NCBI GenBank assembly: GCA_026770705.1
Contig: JANJGN010000052.1
Location: forward strand, 2,604,001 to 2,668,000
Length of the DNA: 64,000 nucleotides
Direction of reading: 5' to 3'
From: Isurus oxyrinchus
Taxonomy: Eukaryota
Shown here one piece after another: positions 37,919-51,468 of the stretch. The translations under genes and the position numbers were made by a program. Within the stretch, counting starts at the first letter, position 1, and each line of letters begins with the position of its first letter. Under the pieces are notes generated by a model that searched no databases, had not been told where the DNA came from, and saw nothing but the letters and a program-made list of their open reading frames with translations.

Positions 37919-38289
37919 GTAAGTACTGAAACCCTTGATTCTATATTAGCTGTAATAGGTTACAATGTGCAGAGCAAGATCCCACAAACATCACTGGGTT
38001 GAAGACAAAACAGGTCCTTTTTTATTAGTGATATTGACCAGGGAGAGCTCTTCCTGTATTGAGCCTTGGGATTGTTTATGCCTACCTGATAGGGCAGAGG
38101 GGGCCAAGGTTGAACTTAAAAGACAATATAGGATAATATAAATATTGTCTTCATTGATGTCAAAGATTTTGGGGGAGATGTAGTATAAAAGTTTAATATT
38201 AACAATGTAAATAGATAGTATTTATCATCAGTTACTCAAGGTCACATGAGAATAGAACACGGAGAGAGATAGTTCTATAGATACCTAGG

Positions 38290-40350
38290 TACATAGAAAC
38301 TAGGAGCAGGATTAGGACATTCAGCCCTTCAAGCCTTCTCAGCCATTCAATATGATCAAGGCTGACCCTCTATCTCAAAGCCTTATTCCTGCTTTCTCTC
38401 CGTACCCTTTGATGCCCCTAATATCAAAATATTTATCAGTTTCTTTCTTGAATACACTCAGTGACCCGGCCTCCACAGCCTCTGTGATGGAGAATTCCAC
38501 AGATTGACCACCCTCTGAGTGAAGAAATGTTTCCCTATCTCAGTCCAAAATGGCCTGCCCTGTATCCTGAGATTGTCGCCCTTGGTTTTAGACTCCCCAA
38601 CCAGGGGATGCATCCTCCCTCCATCCAGTCTGTCTATCTCTGTTAGAATTTCTTACGTTTATTCAGGTCTCCTCTCATTCTTCTAAACTCTAGTGAATAC
38701 AGACCCAGTCGTACCAATTCTCCTCATACGACAGTCCTGCCTCCCCTGGTATCAGCCTAGAGAACCTTCTCTGCACTCTCTCGACGGCAAGTCTATCCTT
38801 TTTTAGGGAGGGAGACCAAAACGGCACGTAGTACCCCATGTGCAGTCTCACCAAGACCTTGTATAACTGCAGTGAGACATCCCTACTCCTGAACACAAAT
38901 CCTCTTGCAATGAAGGACAACATACCATTTGCCTTCCGAATTACTTGCTGCACCTGCCTGTTTACTTTCATTGGCTAGTGCACAAGGACACCCAGATCCC
39001 TTTATACATCCACATTTCCCATTATATCACCATTTAAATAATACTCTGCCTTTCTGTTTTTCACACCAAAGCCTACAATGTCACATTCATCCACATCATC
39101 TGCCATGTGTTTGCCCACACACACAACTTGTCTAAATCGCCTTGAAGCCTCTTTGCATCCTCCTCACAGCTCACACCCTTACCCAGCGTTGTGTCATCAG
39201 AAAACCTGGAAATATTGCACTTGGCTCCTTCACCCAAGTCATTTAAATATATCGTGAATAGTTAGGTCCCAAGCACGGATCGCTGTGGTACACCACTAGT
39301 CACCGCCTGCCACTCAGATAAAGACTAATTTATTCTGACCCTCTGTTTCCTGTCTGTCGACCAATTCTCAATCCATGCCAGTAAATTACCCCCAATCCCA
39401 TGGGCTTTAATGTTGCCCACTAGCCTCATGTAGGACCTTATCAAAAGCCTTCTTGAAATCTAAATACACCACATCCACTGGTTATCCCTTATCTATTCTA
39501 CTCATTACATCTTCAAAATCTCCAATAGATTAGTTAACCATGATTTTCCTTTCATTAACCCATGCTGATTTCGTCGAATCCCATTAAAGCTTTCCAAGCG
39601 TTCCATTAGCACACCTTATATAATAGGCTCTAGCGTTTTCCCCATGTTAGACTAACTGGTCTGTAATTCTCTGATTTTTCTCTCCCTTCTATTTTAAATA
39701 GTGGGGTTACAATTGCCACCCTCCAATCTATAGGAACTGCTCCAGAGCCTATAGAATTTTGGAGGATGACCACCAGTGCTTCCAATATTTCCAGGGTCAC
39801 TTCCGTTAGTCTCTGGGATGTAGATTTTCAGGCCCTGGGGACTGTTCAACCTTTAACCCATTAATCTCTCCAGGTTCATTTTTTAAAACTAATCCTGATT
39901 ATCTTCAATTCCTCCCTCTCACTAGACACTTGGTTCCCTAACATTCCTGGGAAATTACTTGTGTCCTCTTTTGTGAAGACAGAACCAAAATATATGTTCA
40001 GTTCTTCTGCCATTTCTTTGTTTCTCATTAGAATTTCCCCCATTTCTGACTGCAAGGAACCTACATCGGTCACTGCTAATCTTTCTCTCTTCACATATTT
40101 ATAGAAGCTTTTACAGTTGGTTTTTACGTTCCCTGCAAGTTTACTCCCATGTTCCATTTTCCCCTTCTTGATCAATCTTTTTGTCCACTTTTGCTGAATT
40201 CTAAACTGCTCCCAATCCTCAGCATTGCTGCTTCCCCTGGCAATTTTATGTCTCCTCTCTGGATCTAATACTATCCCTAATTTCTTTTGTAAGCCCTGGT
40301 TGAGCACCATTTCCTGACTTATTTTTACGCCAGACAGAAATGGATAATTG
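38290..40350 (-). mobile_element. Long degenerate CR1-type LINE ORF2 fragment
   Basis: Minus-strand KANGMLSFIARG...LYKVLVRLH and NCKSFYKYVKRER...EMAEELNIYFGSVFTKED. Confidence 0.88.
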
Positions 40351-40419
40351 TTGTAGCAAATGCTTCAGCCTTATCTTTTGCCCTGATGTGCTGGGCTCCC
40401 CCTTCATTGAGGATGGGGA

Positions 40420-41465
40420 TATTTGTGGATTCCCCTCCTCCAGTGAATTAATTGTCCGTTACCATTGGATACGAGCATTAGTGGACTGTGTTAGACCATT
40501 ATCGAAAATGAAAGCCGGACTCCAGTATGGCCTCACTATGATGGATATGACAAATCGATTTCCAGAGACCATCCCTTTAGGAACAATTACAGCTAAAGTA
40601 GGAATAGGGAAGTTAACCCAATTTTTTTACCCATTATGGATTACCGCTGGAGATCCAGTCAGATCAAGGTTCCATCTCTATGTCTTAAAATTTTCCGAAC
40701 ATAATGAGTAATTTGGGTATAAAACAGTTAAAGTCCGCAGCATATCATCCATAGACACAGGGATCTTTAGAGAGGGACCAACAAACCCTCAAAACAATGA
40801 TTGAAGCTATTGTCATGAACTCCCCATGACTGGGACAAAGGACTGGATTTTCTTGTATTTCCCACACAAGATTCACCAACTGAATCGGTAGGTTTTAGTC
40901 TTTTTGGAATAACTTATGGACACGAGATAAGAGGCTGTCTGAAATACATCAAAGAAAGATATTCCGGACAGAGGGATGAATCCTCTATTTCAGATGATGT
41001 GTCCATGTTTCAGGAACGGCTCATGGGAGCCTCCAAAGTGGCACAAGAACATCTTATAGTTTCTCAAACAGAGATGAAGGAATGGGGCAGACAGGCAAGC
41101 TGTGACCCGAACATCTCAACCAGGGGGATGACTTGTTAGTATCATTGCCTTGGCAGGGGGAGCCTCTGAAAGCGCGGTTCAGTGGTCCCCACAAGGTAAT
41201 TAGGAGGGTTGGTCAAGTAAATTATTTGATAGACACCCCAGATTGTAGAATAAAGAATCGGCTGTGACACATCAATATGTTAAAACGATACCATCGTAGG
41301 GAGGGAGGTAAAAAGGAGCAGGTATTTCATTTCCAACCAGATTCTGCATAGATTACAGCAAGGTTAATGCAGCAATAAAACCAGATTCCTACCCAATCCC
41401 CTGTTTAGAAGATGGTATTGACGAGGTTGGCAGTGCCATGTTCCTTACTGAGATAAATTTGTTGG
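40420..41465 (+). mobile_element. Gypsy integrase/RT fragment
   Basis: VDCVRPL...LTMMDMTNRFPETIPLGTITAKV integrase-core remnant, frameshifted. Confidence 0.7.
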
Positions 41466-41525
41466 TAGTGGGGGTTGTTTGTGACCATCAGTGTGGAAGG
41501 GTTAGGTTTACAGGTTACACAGACC

Positions 41526-41905
41526 AGACACACACCAACAGACACACACACACATGTAAGCACGCACATTCACACGCACACGCGCACACACACAACACAC
41601 ACACGCACACACACATGCACACACACACACACACACGTAAGCACGCACATNNNNNNNNNNNNNNNNNNNNNNNNNNNNNNNNNNNNNNNNNNNNNNNNNN
41701 NNNNNNNNNNNNNNNNNNNNNNNNNNNNNNNNNNNNNNNNNNNNNNNNNNNNNNNNNNNNNNNNNNNNNNNNNNNNNNNNNNNNNNNNNNNNNNNNNNNN
41801 NNAATCACTTGTGCAGAAACACAAACACACACACACACACATACACACACACAAACACACTCACTTGTACAGAAACACAAACACACACACACACATACAC
41901 ACATG
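41526..41905. repeat. (CA)n-rich microsatellite spanning N gap 41651-41802
   Basis: Direct reading. Confidence 0.95.
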
Positions 41906-42334
41906 TGAGTTCCCTCTCCTCTCTCAGTGCTGCACTGGAGTCTCGGTGTCAGATCCGATTCTGTGCTGAAGGAAGGTAAACTCCAGATCAACAAGACCCT
42001 GAATTGGATGAGCAACCTCCTGAACAGAGAATTGTAGATTTACCCCTCAGTGCTCCATCGATCAAATACAATTCATTGCCTGTCAAGCCCTTGGGGACAT
42101 TCTGAGGATGTGAAAGGCTGTTTCATTAAATCTGGATGGGCAGGGTCTCTGGTGGGAGAATGCTCCTGCAGTGTGACAGTTTACATAGGCAGTGCCCATT
42201 GTAAATGTGACATAGGAACTTATCTTGAGAGAAGATGCCTAGAAATGCACACAGGCATCAGTTACAGCGAGATGATACAGGAAGTTTTGCTGTGCACTGT
42301 GTTTGCTCACATTAAAATCTTTATATATTTTTAG

Positions 42335-42616
42335 ATGCACCACAGAATCTCTCAATTACTTCTCTTGATATGATTAACGCTTCATCGGTCAATATAATTG
42401 AGGGGAATTCTGCAGTGATAATCTGCTCTGTCGAGAGCTTCCCAGCTTCTAACCTGACGTGGCGACATCTTAATGTCCCAATGAACAGAACAGGTTCCAA
42501 CAATGAGCTGTGGTTGGTGATTCCTCACGTTACATCCAGGGACACTGGAGACTATCAGTGTGTGGCAGAGAATGAACATGGAGCAGTGGAGGGGTTCATA
42601 ACCATCACTGTGGAAC
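42335..42616 (+). CDS. Gene B C2-set exon 2 (DAPQNLSI...IICSVESFPASNLTW...DTGDYQCVAENEHG...ITVE)
   Basis: TTTAG acceptor, C|GTGAGT donor, 282 nt, canonical C-W-DxGxYxC pattern. Confidence 0.93.
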
Positions 42617-42939
42617 GTGAGTGTGGAGATACATTTGTTTGTTTGTTGTCTCCGTGGTCTCCGTGGAGCCATTGGGATCGTGTTGTTTTTAATCCAGTTT
42701 TCTTCAATCCTCGCTCAGTCCACGTTATCCACACATCCAATTTTTCCTCTCCCTTTCTGTTTTTGCTCTCAGTTTCTCCTTCAATGGTTGTGAGGACAAG
42801 GCTGTCAGGTCTTCGTTTCCAATCTCCGTACTTGATGAACTTTCTCTCTCTAACTGTCCTGAACAACCCTTTTAATTGCTGAACGTCTCCTCTTGATCTA
42901 AGCCACTCATTGGTCTTTCTGTACATCCAGCTGATTCTG

Positions 42940-44000
42940 AGCATCTGGCAGCATCTGTGGAGAGAAAGACAGGGTTAGCGTTTGGAGTCCGTAAGACTCC
43001 TCTTCAGAGCTAAAGGGAAGTAGACATGTGGTGAAATATATCCTGTCTAAGGGGGGGCGATGGGACAGGTGGAGCTGGATAGAAAACCAGCGATAGGTGG
43101 AGGCAATGGAGAGATTGTGGAAGATGTCATAAACAAAAGGTCAAAGGGTTGTTAACAGTGGTGGTATTGGATAAAGGAGGTGCTAATGGTGACATTAAGC
43201 AGAGTGTGATAATGGGCGGACCAGGGTAAGCACTCTGGAAAGAGACAGATGGCCCTCGTGGGGGTGTGGCAGGGGGAGGGGACGGTGGAGGGAATAAAGA
43301 TCGAAAATAGACTAAAATCTGCGGATAAAACAATCAAGAAAAATGGAAATGAATTTCAAATAGTAATAATAAAAATAAGTGGAAAACAGTTAACAAATAA
43401 AACAATTAAAATGAATACATAAAAAAAAGTTCAAAAAGCAGTGAAGATCGAGGAGAGAGTTCATGACCAGGAATTGTTGAACTCAATATTCAGTCCGGAA
43501 GGCTGTAAAGTGCCAGGTCGGAAGATGAGGTGCTGTTCCTCCAGTTTGCGTTGGGCTTCACTGGAACAATGCAGCAGGCCAAGGACGGACATGTGGGCAT
43601 GAGAGCAGGGTGGGGTGTTAAAATGGCAAGCGACAGGGAGGTCTGGGTCATGCTTGTGGACAGACCGAAGGTGTTCATCAGAGCGATCACCCAGTCTGTG
43701 TTTGGTGTCTCCAATGTAGAGGAAACCACACTGGGAGCAATGAATGCAGTAGATTATATTGAAGGAAGTCTGCATGAAGCGCTGCTTCACCTGGAAGGAG
43801 TGTTTGGGTCATTGGACAGTGAGGGGGGAGGAAGTAAAGGGGCAGGTGTTGCACCTTCTGCAAATACATGGGAAGATGTCATCGGAGAGGGTTGAGGTGC
43901 TAGGGGTGATGGAGGAGTGGACCAGGGTGTCCTGGAGGGAATGATCCCTGTGGAATGCCAACGGGGTGGGGGTGAAGGGAAGATGCTTTTGATGGTGGTC
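42940..44000 (-). mobile_element. Penelope-like element remnant with GIY-YIG endonuclease
   Basis: ORF 43461-43790: NIIYCIHCSQCGFLYIGDTKHRLGDR..EH...QRKLEEQHLIFRPGTLQPSGLN. Confidence 0.88.
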
Positions 44001-44608
44001 AGATTTTGTCCGAAGGAGGTGGGAAATGAGGGAGGGAATTCCAGAGGTTAGGATCCAGGCAGCTGAAGGCACGGCTGCCAATGGTGGAGCGATAGGAATC
44101 GGGGGAAGGTCAAGAGGCTGGAATTGGAGGTGCATCGAGATCTCGGAGGGTTGTAGAGGCTGGAGGAGTTTACAGAGATAAGGAAGGTTGTAGGGGCTGG
44201 AGGAGGTTACAGAGATAGAGAGGGTTGAAGCGGCTGGATGAGGTTACAGAGATAGGGAGGGTTGAAGGTTCTGGAGGAGGTTACAGAGATAGGGAGGGAG
44301 TAAGGAGGGATTTGAAACGATGTTAATTTTAAAATTGTGGTATTGTCGGACCGGGAGCCAGTGTAGCTCAGTGACCAACAGGGAGTGATGTGTGAACGGG
44401 ACTCGGTGTGAGTTAGGACATGGGGACAGCAGAGTTTGGGATGAGCTGATGTTTACGGAGAGTGGAAGATGGGAGGTCGGGCAGGAGAGTGTTGGGATAG
44501 TTGAGTGCAGAGGTAACAAAGGCAGGAATGAGTGTTTCAGTGTGAAGATTCTATCTTACGCTCTAACTTTGCTATGACGTTGTCTCATTGTTGTCCTTCC
44601 CTCCTCAG

Positions 44609-44902
44609 ATAAGCCGGAGATTTCCCAGCAGTCGGAGTGCACTCGGAGATCAGAGGGGGTCACCTGCGTCTGTGTGGCCACCTCCAACCCACCCGGAGAC
44701 CTCACCTGGCACCTGCCCAGTGCGAACATCAGTGGTAACCAAACACACGGAGGTTTTGTGTCGTGGCAGGTCAGAGATGGGCATCTGGTGACTGGTTCCC
44801 TCACCCTGATGAGACCCCAGGATGAGAGGGGAGTGATTGCATCCTGCTCGGTTCAAAACCCACATGGGGAAGCCATGTTCAAGATGTATCTGTGGGTCAA
44901 AG
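44609..44902 (+). CDS. Gene B membrane-proximal C2 exon 3 (HKPEISQQSECTRRSEGVTCVCVATSNPPGDLTW...ASCSVQNPHG...WVK)
   Basis: CTCAG acceptor, G|GTGAGA donor, 294 nt. The S.C......CxC...SNP pattern resembles MAG domain 5 and CD33-related proximal domains. Confidence 0.92.
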
Positions 44903-45254
44903 GTGAGAGACTCGCTCAGGATCGATCTCCACTCAGCTGGATTGATCCCTAAACTCGAGAATTCCCTCCCTCAACCACTCCACCTCTCTCTCTACCTCCT
45001 CTAAGATGCTGTTTACAACATAACCCTTTGACCAAGCTTTGAATCACCTGACCTCATGTGACAATGGCAACACTTGGTCAAATTGGAGCCAGGCCGTTCA
45101 GGGGGTGATGTCAGGAAGCACTTCTTCACACAAAGGGGAGTGGAAATCTGGAACCCTCTCCCCCAGATAAGCTGCTTCATTGGGTGCAAGACAGAAAGCT
45201 TTGACAAAATGTCCTTTCTCAGCAATACTCAGGTTCTCCTCCCAAACGACTAAA

Positions 45255-45660
45255 TATTATATATAAACATTACATAGATTACATCGAGAAACATTATATA
45301 TAAATGTTACATGGATTACATTGATAAATATTATATATAAATGTTACATCGATTGCATCGAGAAACATTTTATATAAATGTTACATAGATTACGTTGATA
45401 AAAATTATATATAAATGTTACACAGATTAAATGGATAAATATTATATATAAATGTTACATATGTTACATTGATAAATATTATATATAAATGTTACATGGA
45501 TTAAATCGAGAAACATTATATATAAATATTACAGAAATTAAATGGATAAAAATTATATATAAATGTTACATAGATTATATTGATAAATATTATAAATTTA
45601 TGCTATAGGGATCACATTGATAAATATTATATATAAATGTTACATGGATTAAATCGAAAT
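45255..45660. repeat. AT-rich 37-bp minisatellite, about 11 copies
   Basis: Tandem AAATATTATATATAAATGTTACATGGATTACATTGAT variants. Confidence 0.9.
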
Positions 45661-46188
45661 ATAAGACTTGCGTTGATAAAATACTTAGGAATTCCCAAAA
45701 CTCTTGATAACCAGTAAAGCAGTTTCGAAGTGAGCTCACTGTTATCATGTAGGAAACGCAACAGCTGATTTGTGCACAGCAAGATCCCACAAACAACAGC
45801 GTGAAATTGAGGTGATAATTGATTATTTTAGGGAGGGTAGTTGATACATATATATAGAAATTACATATATAATATGGGTCACTAATGATCTTAAGGGAGC
45901 GAAACCTGTCCATTTTAACAGGTCTGGGTGTATATGTGACTCCAGTCTCAGACACCAACATGGTTAACTCTTACCTGCCCTCTGAACTGGTCTCCCAGTT
46001 TGGGACAAACCAGTGGTTCAGGAGGAAGACCCCCCACCACCTTCTCAAGGGGAAACTAGGGATGGACAATAAATGTCAGCATTGCCCGAGAATGAGTATT
46101 TAAACACTGAGTGAGTGTATCGCTTCTCGAGATACATCGGAGCATCATTGTAAACCTGTAGTGCAGTAATTAATGGCTGTTTTTACAG

Positions 46189-46285
46189 GTAGAGACTCCA
46201 GTAAATGGACAGTAGGATTGTTCACGGCTGGGATCATGTTGAGTGTTTTCCTGGCTGGAATCTTCATCTTCATCTGTGTGAGAAA
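46189..46285 (+). CDS. Gene B TM exon (GRDSSKWTVGLFTAGIMLSVFLAGIFIFICVRK), uncharged helix
   Basis: TTTACAG acceptor, AA|GTAAGT phase-2 donor, 97 nt. Confidence 0.92.
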
Positions 46286-46419
46286 GTAAGTCTGAAGATT
46301 TAACTTGATTTTAATCTAAACATTTGCTTAGGACTAATTGGACAGTTTTTACAAAAGGCCAGCACAGGCACGATGGGCTGAGTGGCTTCCTCCTGAGCTG
46401 TGAGATTTTAAATTCTTTC

Positions 46420-46875
46420 ATCGAATGTGGCTGTCATTGGCGTGGACAATACTAATTGCCCATTCCCAATTGCCCCTTGAGAAAGAGGTGGTGAGCTGCC
46501 TTCTTGACCCACTACAGTCTATGTGGTGTAGGTACACCCACAGTGCTGTTAGAGAGGGAATTCCAGGATGTTAACCCAGCGACAGTGAAGGAACGGTGAT
46601 ATATTTCCAAGTCAGGGTGGTGAGTGACTTGGAGGGGAACTTCCAGGTGGTGGTGTTCCCATGTGTCTGCTGCCCTTGTCCTTCTAGATGGTAGAGGTCG
46701 TGGGTTTGGAAGGTGCTGTTGAAGGAGCCTTGCTGAGTTGCTGCAGTGCATCTTGTAGATGGTACACACACTGCTGCTACTGTGTGTTCGTGGTGGAGGG
46801 AGTGAATGTTTAATGTGGTGGATGGGGTGTAGATCAATCGGGCTGCTTTGTCCTGGATGGTGTCGAGCGTCTTGA
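46420..46875 (-). mobile_element. LINE 3' fragment; duplicate at about 49240-49695
   Basis: Minus-strand IHSLHH...VAAVCTIYKMHCSNS...SWNSLSNS; same family as the 51912-54017 element. Confidence 0.8.
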
Positions 46876-47007
46876 TTCTGTGCTTTGTGCAGAAGTGATT
46901 TAAAGAGACAGTCCAGTCGTTGGTGTAAGCTAACAGTGGGCTCTGTGTCTGTGCTGCACTGACTCTCTGCTATATGATAACCACAGTGTGATATTGTGTT
47001 ATTGCAG

Positions 47008-47089
47008 GAGAAAGACAGCAATGGAGGAGAGAGTTTCAGGGACCAGAGACATTGCATTGACCCCCAGTCCACTCTCTGTGAAGCACCAG
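47008..47089 (+). CDS. Gene B cytoplasmic exon 1a (RKTAMEERVSGTRDIALTPSPLSVKHQ)
   Basis: TTGCAG acceptor, phase 2 to 0, CAG|GTACAG donor, 82 nt. Confidence 0.85.
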
Positions 47090-47225
47090 GTACAGGAGCT
47101 GTTTACACTCACTCCAAAGCTTCAATCTCAGTGTGTAGACAACACGTGTCCCAGATTCCCAGCCCAGTTACACACTGATTTGTACCTGCGGAGTCAGGAA
47201 TGTTTCAGTATCATGCTGTCTCTCT

Positions 47226-47978
47226 GTTATGACACAGCAACTGGTAAAGGCTGTTGTTTAAAATCCCAGAGGGAAACTTTAAACAATGTCATAACCTATA
47301 TTTCCCAGTGGAATGTTTGAGATGCAGCTTTAAATTCAGGAATAAGACCACCAGTTCTCGAGATGGTTTTATATCAAACTACATGAGCCATTTATTAATT
47401 AACACAAGTTAAACATATGCACATGGCTACAAACTAGTATTATCATAACTTTTTAACAAATTCCCAAACTAATCTCCTCTAAGATAACACATAGAATTTA
47501 AGCAGACACCCAGGCAAAGCATTTTCACCTCACAAATTCCAAATGAGGTTCCTTTCACTTTGGTTCCTTTGCAGACAGGTGCAGGCTTACAGCTGCTTTG
47601 ATGTTACAAGCCTCTGCTCTGCACACACAAAACTGCTCAAGTTATACCCAGCTCTTCTCTTTGAATGTAAATTCTCATTGTATCATCAGGACCTTTGAAC
47701 TCCATCTCTTCTAACAATAAATCCTCTGTCATAGTATCAATTTTATCAATAAAATAAATGTTGATTGGTTTAAGATTTCACTCTCAGGTTTTGAATGCTC
47801 TGTTTAAAAATACAAATTTTTATGCCTCAGTTTACATCTCAAAACTACTATACATCAAATACCCAGACTGGCTGGCTTTAATCCAATTAAAACACACACA
47901 GACACACCCACAGACTAAACCCCGATGTGAATAAAAATAATTTCCAATAACATGATATTTATTAATCGCATCATGACA
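47226..47978. mobile_element. Solo-LTR-like element; duplicate at about 50046-50978
   Basis: TGTTATGACA...CATGACA termini; related in reverse orientation to 52009-52960 and 57947-59133. Confidence 0.6.
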
Positions 47979-48005
47979 GTCTCTCTCTCTATCCCAACCT
48001 CCCTT

Positions 48006-48037
<32 letters not shown>

Positions 48038-48389
48038 ATCCTCTCTCTGATTACAAGGTGCATGTTAATGAGCTTCACACCAGACACTTGAGTGCAGAAT
48101 CCAACTGTCACTCACCAGAACCATTACCGAGGGAGTGCGAGACTGACAGCGGGTCAGTACTGAGGGAGAGCTGCACTGACAGAGGGTCAGTACTGAGGGA
48201 GTGCTGCACTGTCGGAGGGTCAGTACTGAGGGTGAGCTGCACTGCCATAGGTGGTATCTTTCATATGACATGAGAGAGAGGGTTAAGCCAACTGAGACAC
48301 GACTGACATTAACAAGGCTGCACAATAATTTAACCCTATCAGTGCCAGTAAATGATGTGAGGATATCTTCTGTTTCGATTTCTCTGTAG

Positions 48390-48638
48390 GTTAAACAGAA
48401 CGTGCTGATTACTGAGCCCCAGAACACAAAGAGAGACGCAACTGGCGAGGGGGAGACCCCAGCTCCCTGGGGTCTCTCTGAAGATGCAGTGGGAGGCGAT
48501 GTTGGACATGGGAACCCTGACAAACCTGAAGAGTTTCTCTACGCCAATCCCCAAGTCTTGAGGATGTCCAGTGGTGATGGGTCTGTCCACAGGGAAGTGG
48601 AGACGGAATACGCACAGATCAGGTTCGAGCATAACTGA
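48390..48638 (+). CDS. Gene B terminal exon a: ITIM disrupted (FLYANP), ITSM intact (TEYAQI)
   Basis: TGTAG acceptor, phase 0, 249 nt to TGA; AATAAA at 49206-49211. Confidence 0.85.
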   Translation, partial: VKQNVLITEPQNTKRDATGEGETPAPWGLSEDAVGGDVGHGNPDKPEEFLYANPQVLRMSSGDGSVHREVETEYAQIRFEHN

Positions 48639-48835
48639 ATGAGAAATGGGGAGAGTGAGTGAGGAGGTATGGGGGTGGGGGTAGTGATTGAGATTCCTGG
48701 GAACAGGAAACAACCCACTGGGGGAGAGGGGGAGAGAGGGAGGAAGGGATGGAATTGGGCTGCGGTTGGTGTGGTTTGGAATGAAATGCTTCTCCAGAGA
48801 GGACTGGATGCTGAGCCATTGGGGATAGAGATTCA

Positions 48836-48866
<31 letters not shown>

Positions 48867-49828
48867 CCTCTCTCTCTCGCTCTCTCCCTCTCTTTCTCTC
48901 TCTCTCCCTGTCTCTGTCTTTCTTTCTGTGTCTGTCTCTCATTCCCTATCTCCAGCTCCTCCTTTAAGATGCCCGTTAATAACTGACTTTGTTGACTCAG
49001 CTGTTGGTCTCCTGTCCCTAATATCTCCTCATGTGCCTCAGAGTCAGGTGAAGATGTCACTAACAATCCCCGGATGAGCCTTAGGACATTTTGCTACATT
49101 GAAGGTGCTATATAAATGCCAGTGGTTGTAGTAACTCTGATCTGCTTCGATTAACAATAGAACCACAAAGGCTCCTTCGACAGGGGGTGTGTGCAGCAGG
49201 GTCACAATAAATACATTGAGCTGTGAGATTTTTAATTCTTTCATCGAATGTGTCTGTCACTGGTGATGTCAGCATTAATGCCCATCCCTAATTGCCCTTG
49301 AGAAGGTGGTGGGGAGCTGCCTTCTTGACCCGCTGCGGTCCATGTGGTGTAGGTACACCCAAAGTGCTGTTAGAGAGGGAGTTCCAGGATTTTGACCCAG
49401 CGACAGTGAAGGAACGGTGATATATTTCCAAGTCAGGATGGTGAGTGACTTGGAGGGGAACTTCCAGGTGGTGGTGTTCCCATGTGTCTGCTGCCCTTGT
49501 CCTTCTAGATGGTAGAGGTCGTGGGTTTGGAAGGTGCTGTTGAAGGAGCCTTGCTGAGTTGCTGCAGTGCATCTTGTAGATGGTACACACACTGCTTCCA
49601 CTGTGTGTTCATGGTGGAGGGAGTGAATGTTTAATGTGGTGGATGGGGTGTCGATCAATCGGGCTGCTTTGTCCTGGATGGTGTCAAGCTTCTTGATTCT
49701 GTGCTTTGTGCAGAAGTGATTTAAAGAGACAGTCCAGTTGTCGGTGTAAGGTTACAGTGGGCTCTGTGTCTGTGCTACACTGACTCTCTGCTATATGATA
49801 ACCACAGTGTCATATTGTGTTATTGCAG

Positions 49829-49910
49829 GAGAAAGACAGCGATGGAGGAGAGAGTTTCAGGGACCAGTGACATTGCATTGACCCCCAGTCCACTCTCTGT
49901 GAAACACCAG
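49829..49910 (+). CDS. Gene B cytoplasmic exon 1b (RKTAMEERVSGTSDIALTPSPLSVKHQ)
   Basis: Duplicate of exon 1a with intact splice sites. Confidence 0.85.
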
Positions 49911-51468
49911 GTACAGGAGCTGTTTACACTCACTCCAAAGCTTCAATCTCAGTGTGTAGACAACACATGTCACAGATTCCCAGCCCAGTTACCCACTGAT
50001 TTGTATCTGTGGAGTCAGCAATGGTTCAGTATCATGCTGTCTCTCTGTTATGACACAGAAACTGGTAAAGGCTGTTGTTTAAAATCCCAGAGGGAAACTT
50101 TAAACAATGTCATAACCTATATTTCCCAGTGGAATGTTTGAGATGCAGCTCTAAATTCAGGAATAAGACCACCAGTTCTTGAGATGGTTTTATATCAAAC
50201 TACTTGAGACATATATTAATTTACACAAGTTAAACATATGCACATGGCTACAAACTAGTATTATCATAAATTTTTAACAAATTCTCAAACTAATCTCCTC
50301 TAAGACAACCCATTATCTTTAAGCAGACACCCAGGCAAAGCATTTTCACCTCACAAATTCCAAATGAGGTTCCTTTCACTTTGGTTCCTTTGCAGACAAG
50401 TGTAGGCTTACAGCTGCTTTGCTGTTACAAGCGTCTGCTCTGCACACACAAAACTGCTCAAGTTATACCCAGCTCTTGAGTGTAAAGAAGACGGAGATTG
50501 ATGGGCTCTTGATTGGTCAGGGGATCAAAGGTTAGGAGAGAAGGTGGGAGAATGGGGTTTGTGAAACATATCAGCCATGTATGAATGGTGGAGCAGACTC
50601 GATGGACCGAATGGTCTAATTTCTCCTCCTATATCTGATGGTCTTATGGCTTCTGTTTGAAGGTAAATTCACAATGTATCATCAGGACCTTTGAACTCCA
50701 TCTCTTCCAATAATAAATCCCCGTTCATTGTATCAATTTTATTAGTAATATAAACGTTGATTGGTTTAAGATTTCACTCTCAGGCCTTTAATGTTTTATT
50801 TAAAAATGCAAATTACCACTTTACCTCTTTGTTTACATCTCAAAACTACTATACATCAAAGCACCCAGACTGGCTGGCTTTAATCCAATTAAAATACACA
50901 CAGACACACACACAGACTAAACCTCTGTTTAAAAAGACAGTTTGCATTTATAATACAAACATTAATAGATTAATAACACTCTGTCTCTGTCCCTCCTCTC
51001 TCCCTCTCTCTCATCCTCTCTCTGATTACAAGGTTCATGTTATTGAGCCTCACACCAGGCACCTGTGTGCAGATTCCAAGCCATCACTCACCAGAGCCAT
51101 TACCGAGGGAGTGCTGCACTGTTGGAGGGTCAGTACTGAGGGAGTGCTGCACTGTTGGAGGGTCAGTACTGAGGGAGTGCTGCACTGACAGAGGGTCAGT
51201 ACTGAGGGAGCGCTGTATTGTCGGAGGGTCAGCACTGAGGGAGTGCTGCACTGTCAGAGGGTCAGTATTGAGGGAGTGCTGCACTGTTGGAGTGTGATAG
51301 AGATTAAATTATAAAGAGAGAGAGAAAGCGAGAGAGACAGAGAAAGAGAGTGAAAAAAAGGGTTAAACCCACTGAGACACGACTGACACTAATGAGGCTG
51401 CAAATAATTTAACCCTATCAGTACCAGTAATTGATGTGAGGATATCTTCTGTTTCCATTTCTCTGTAG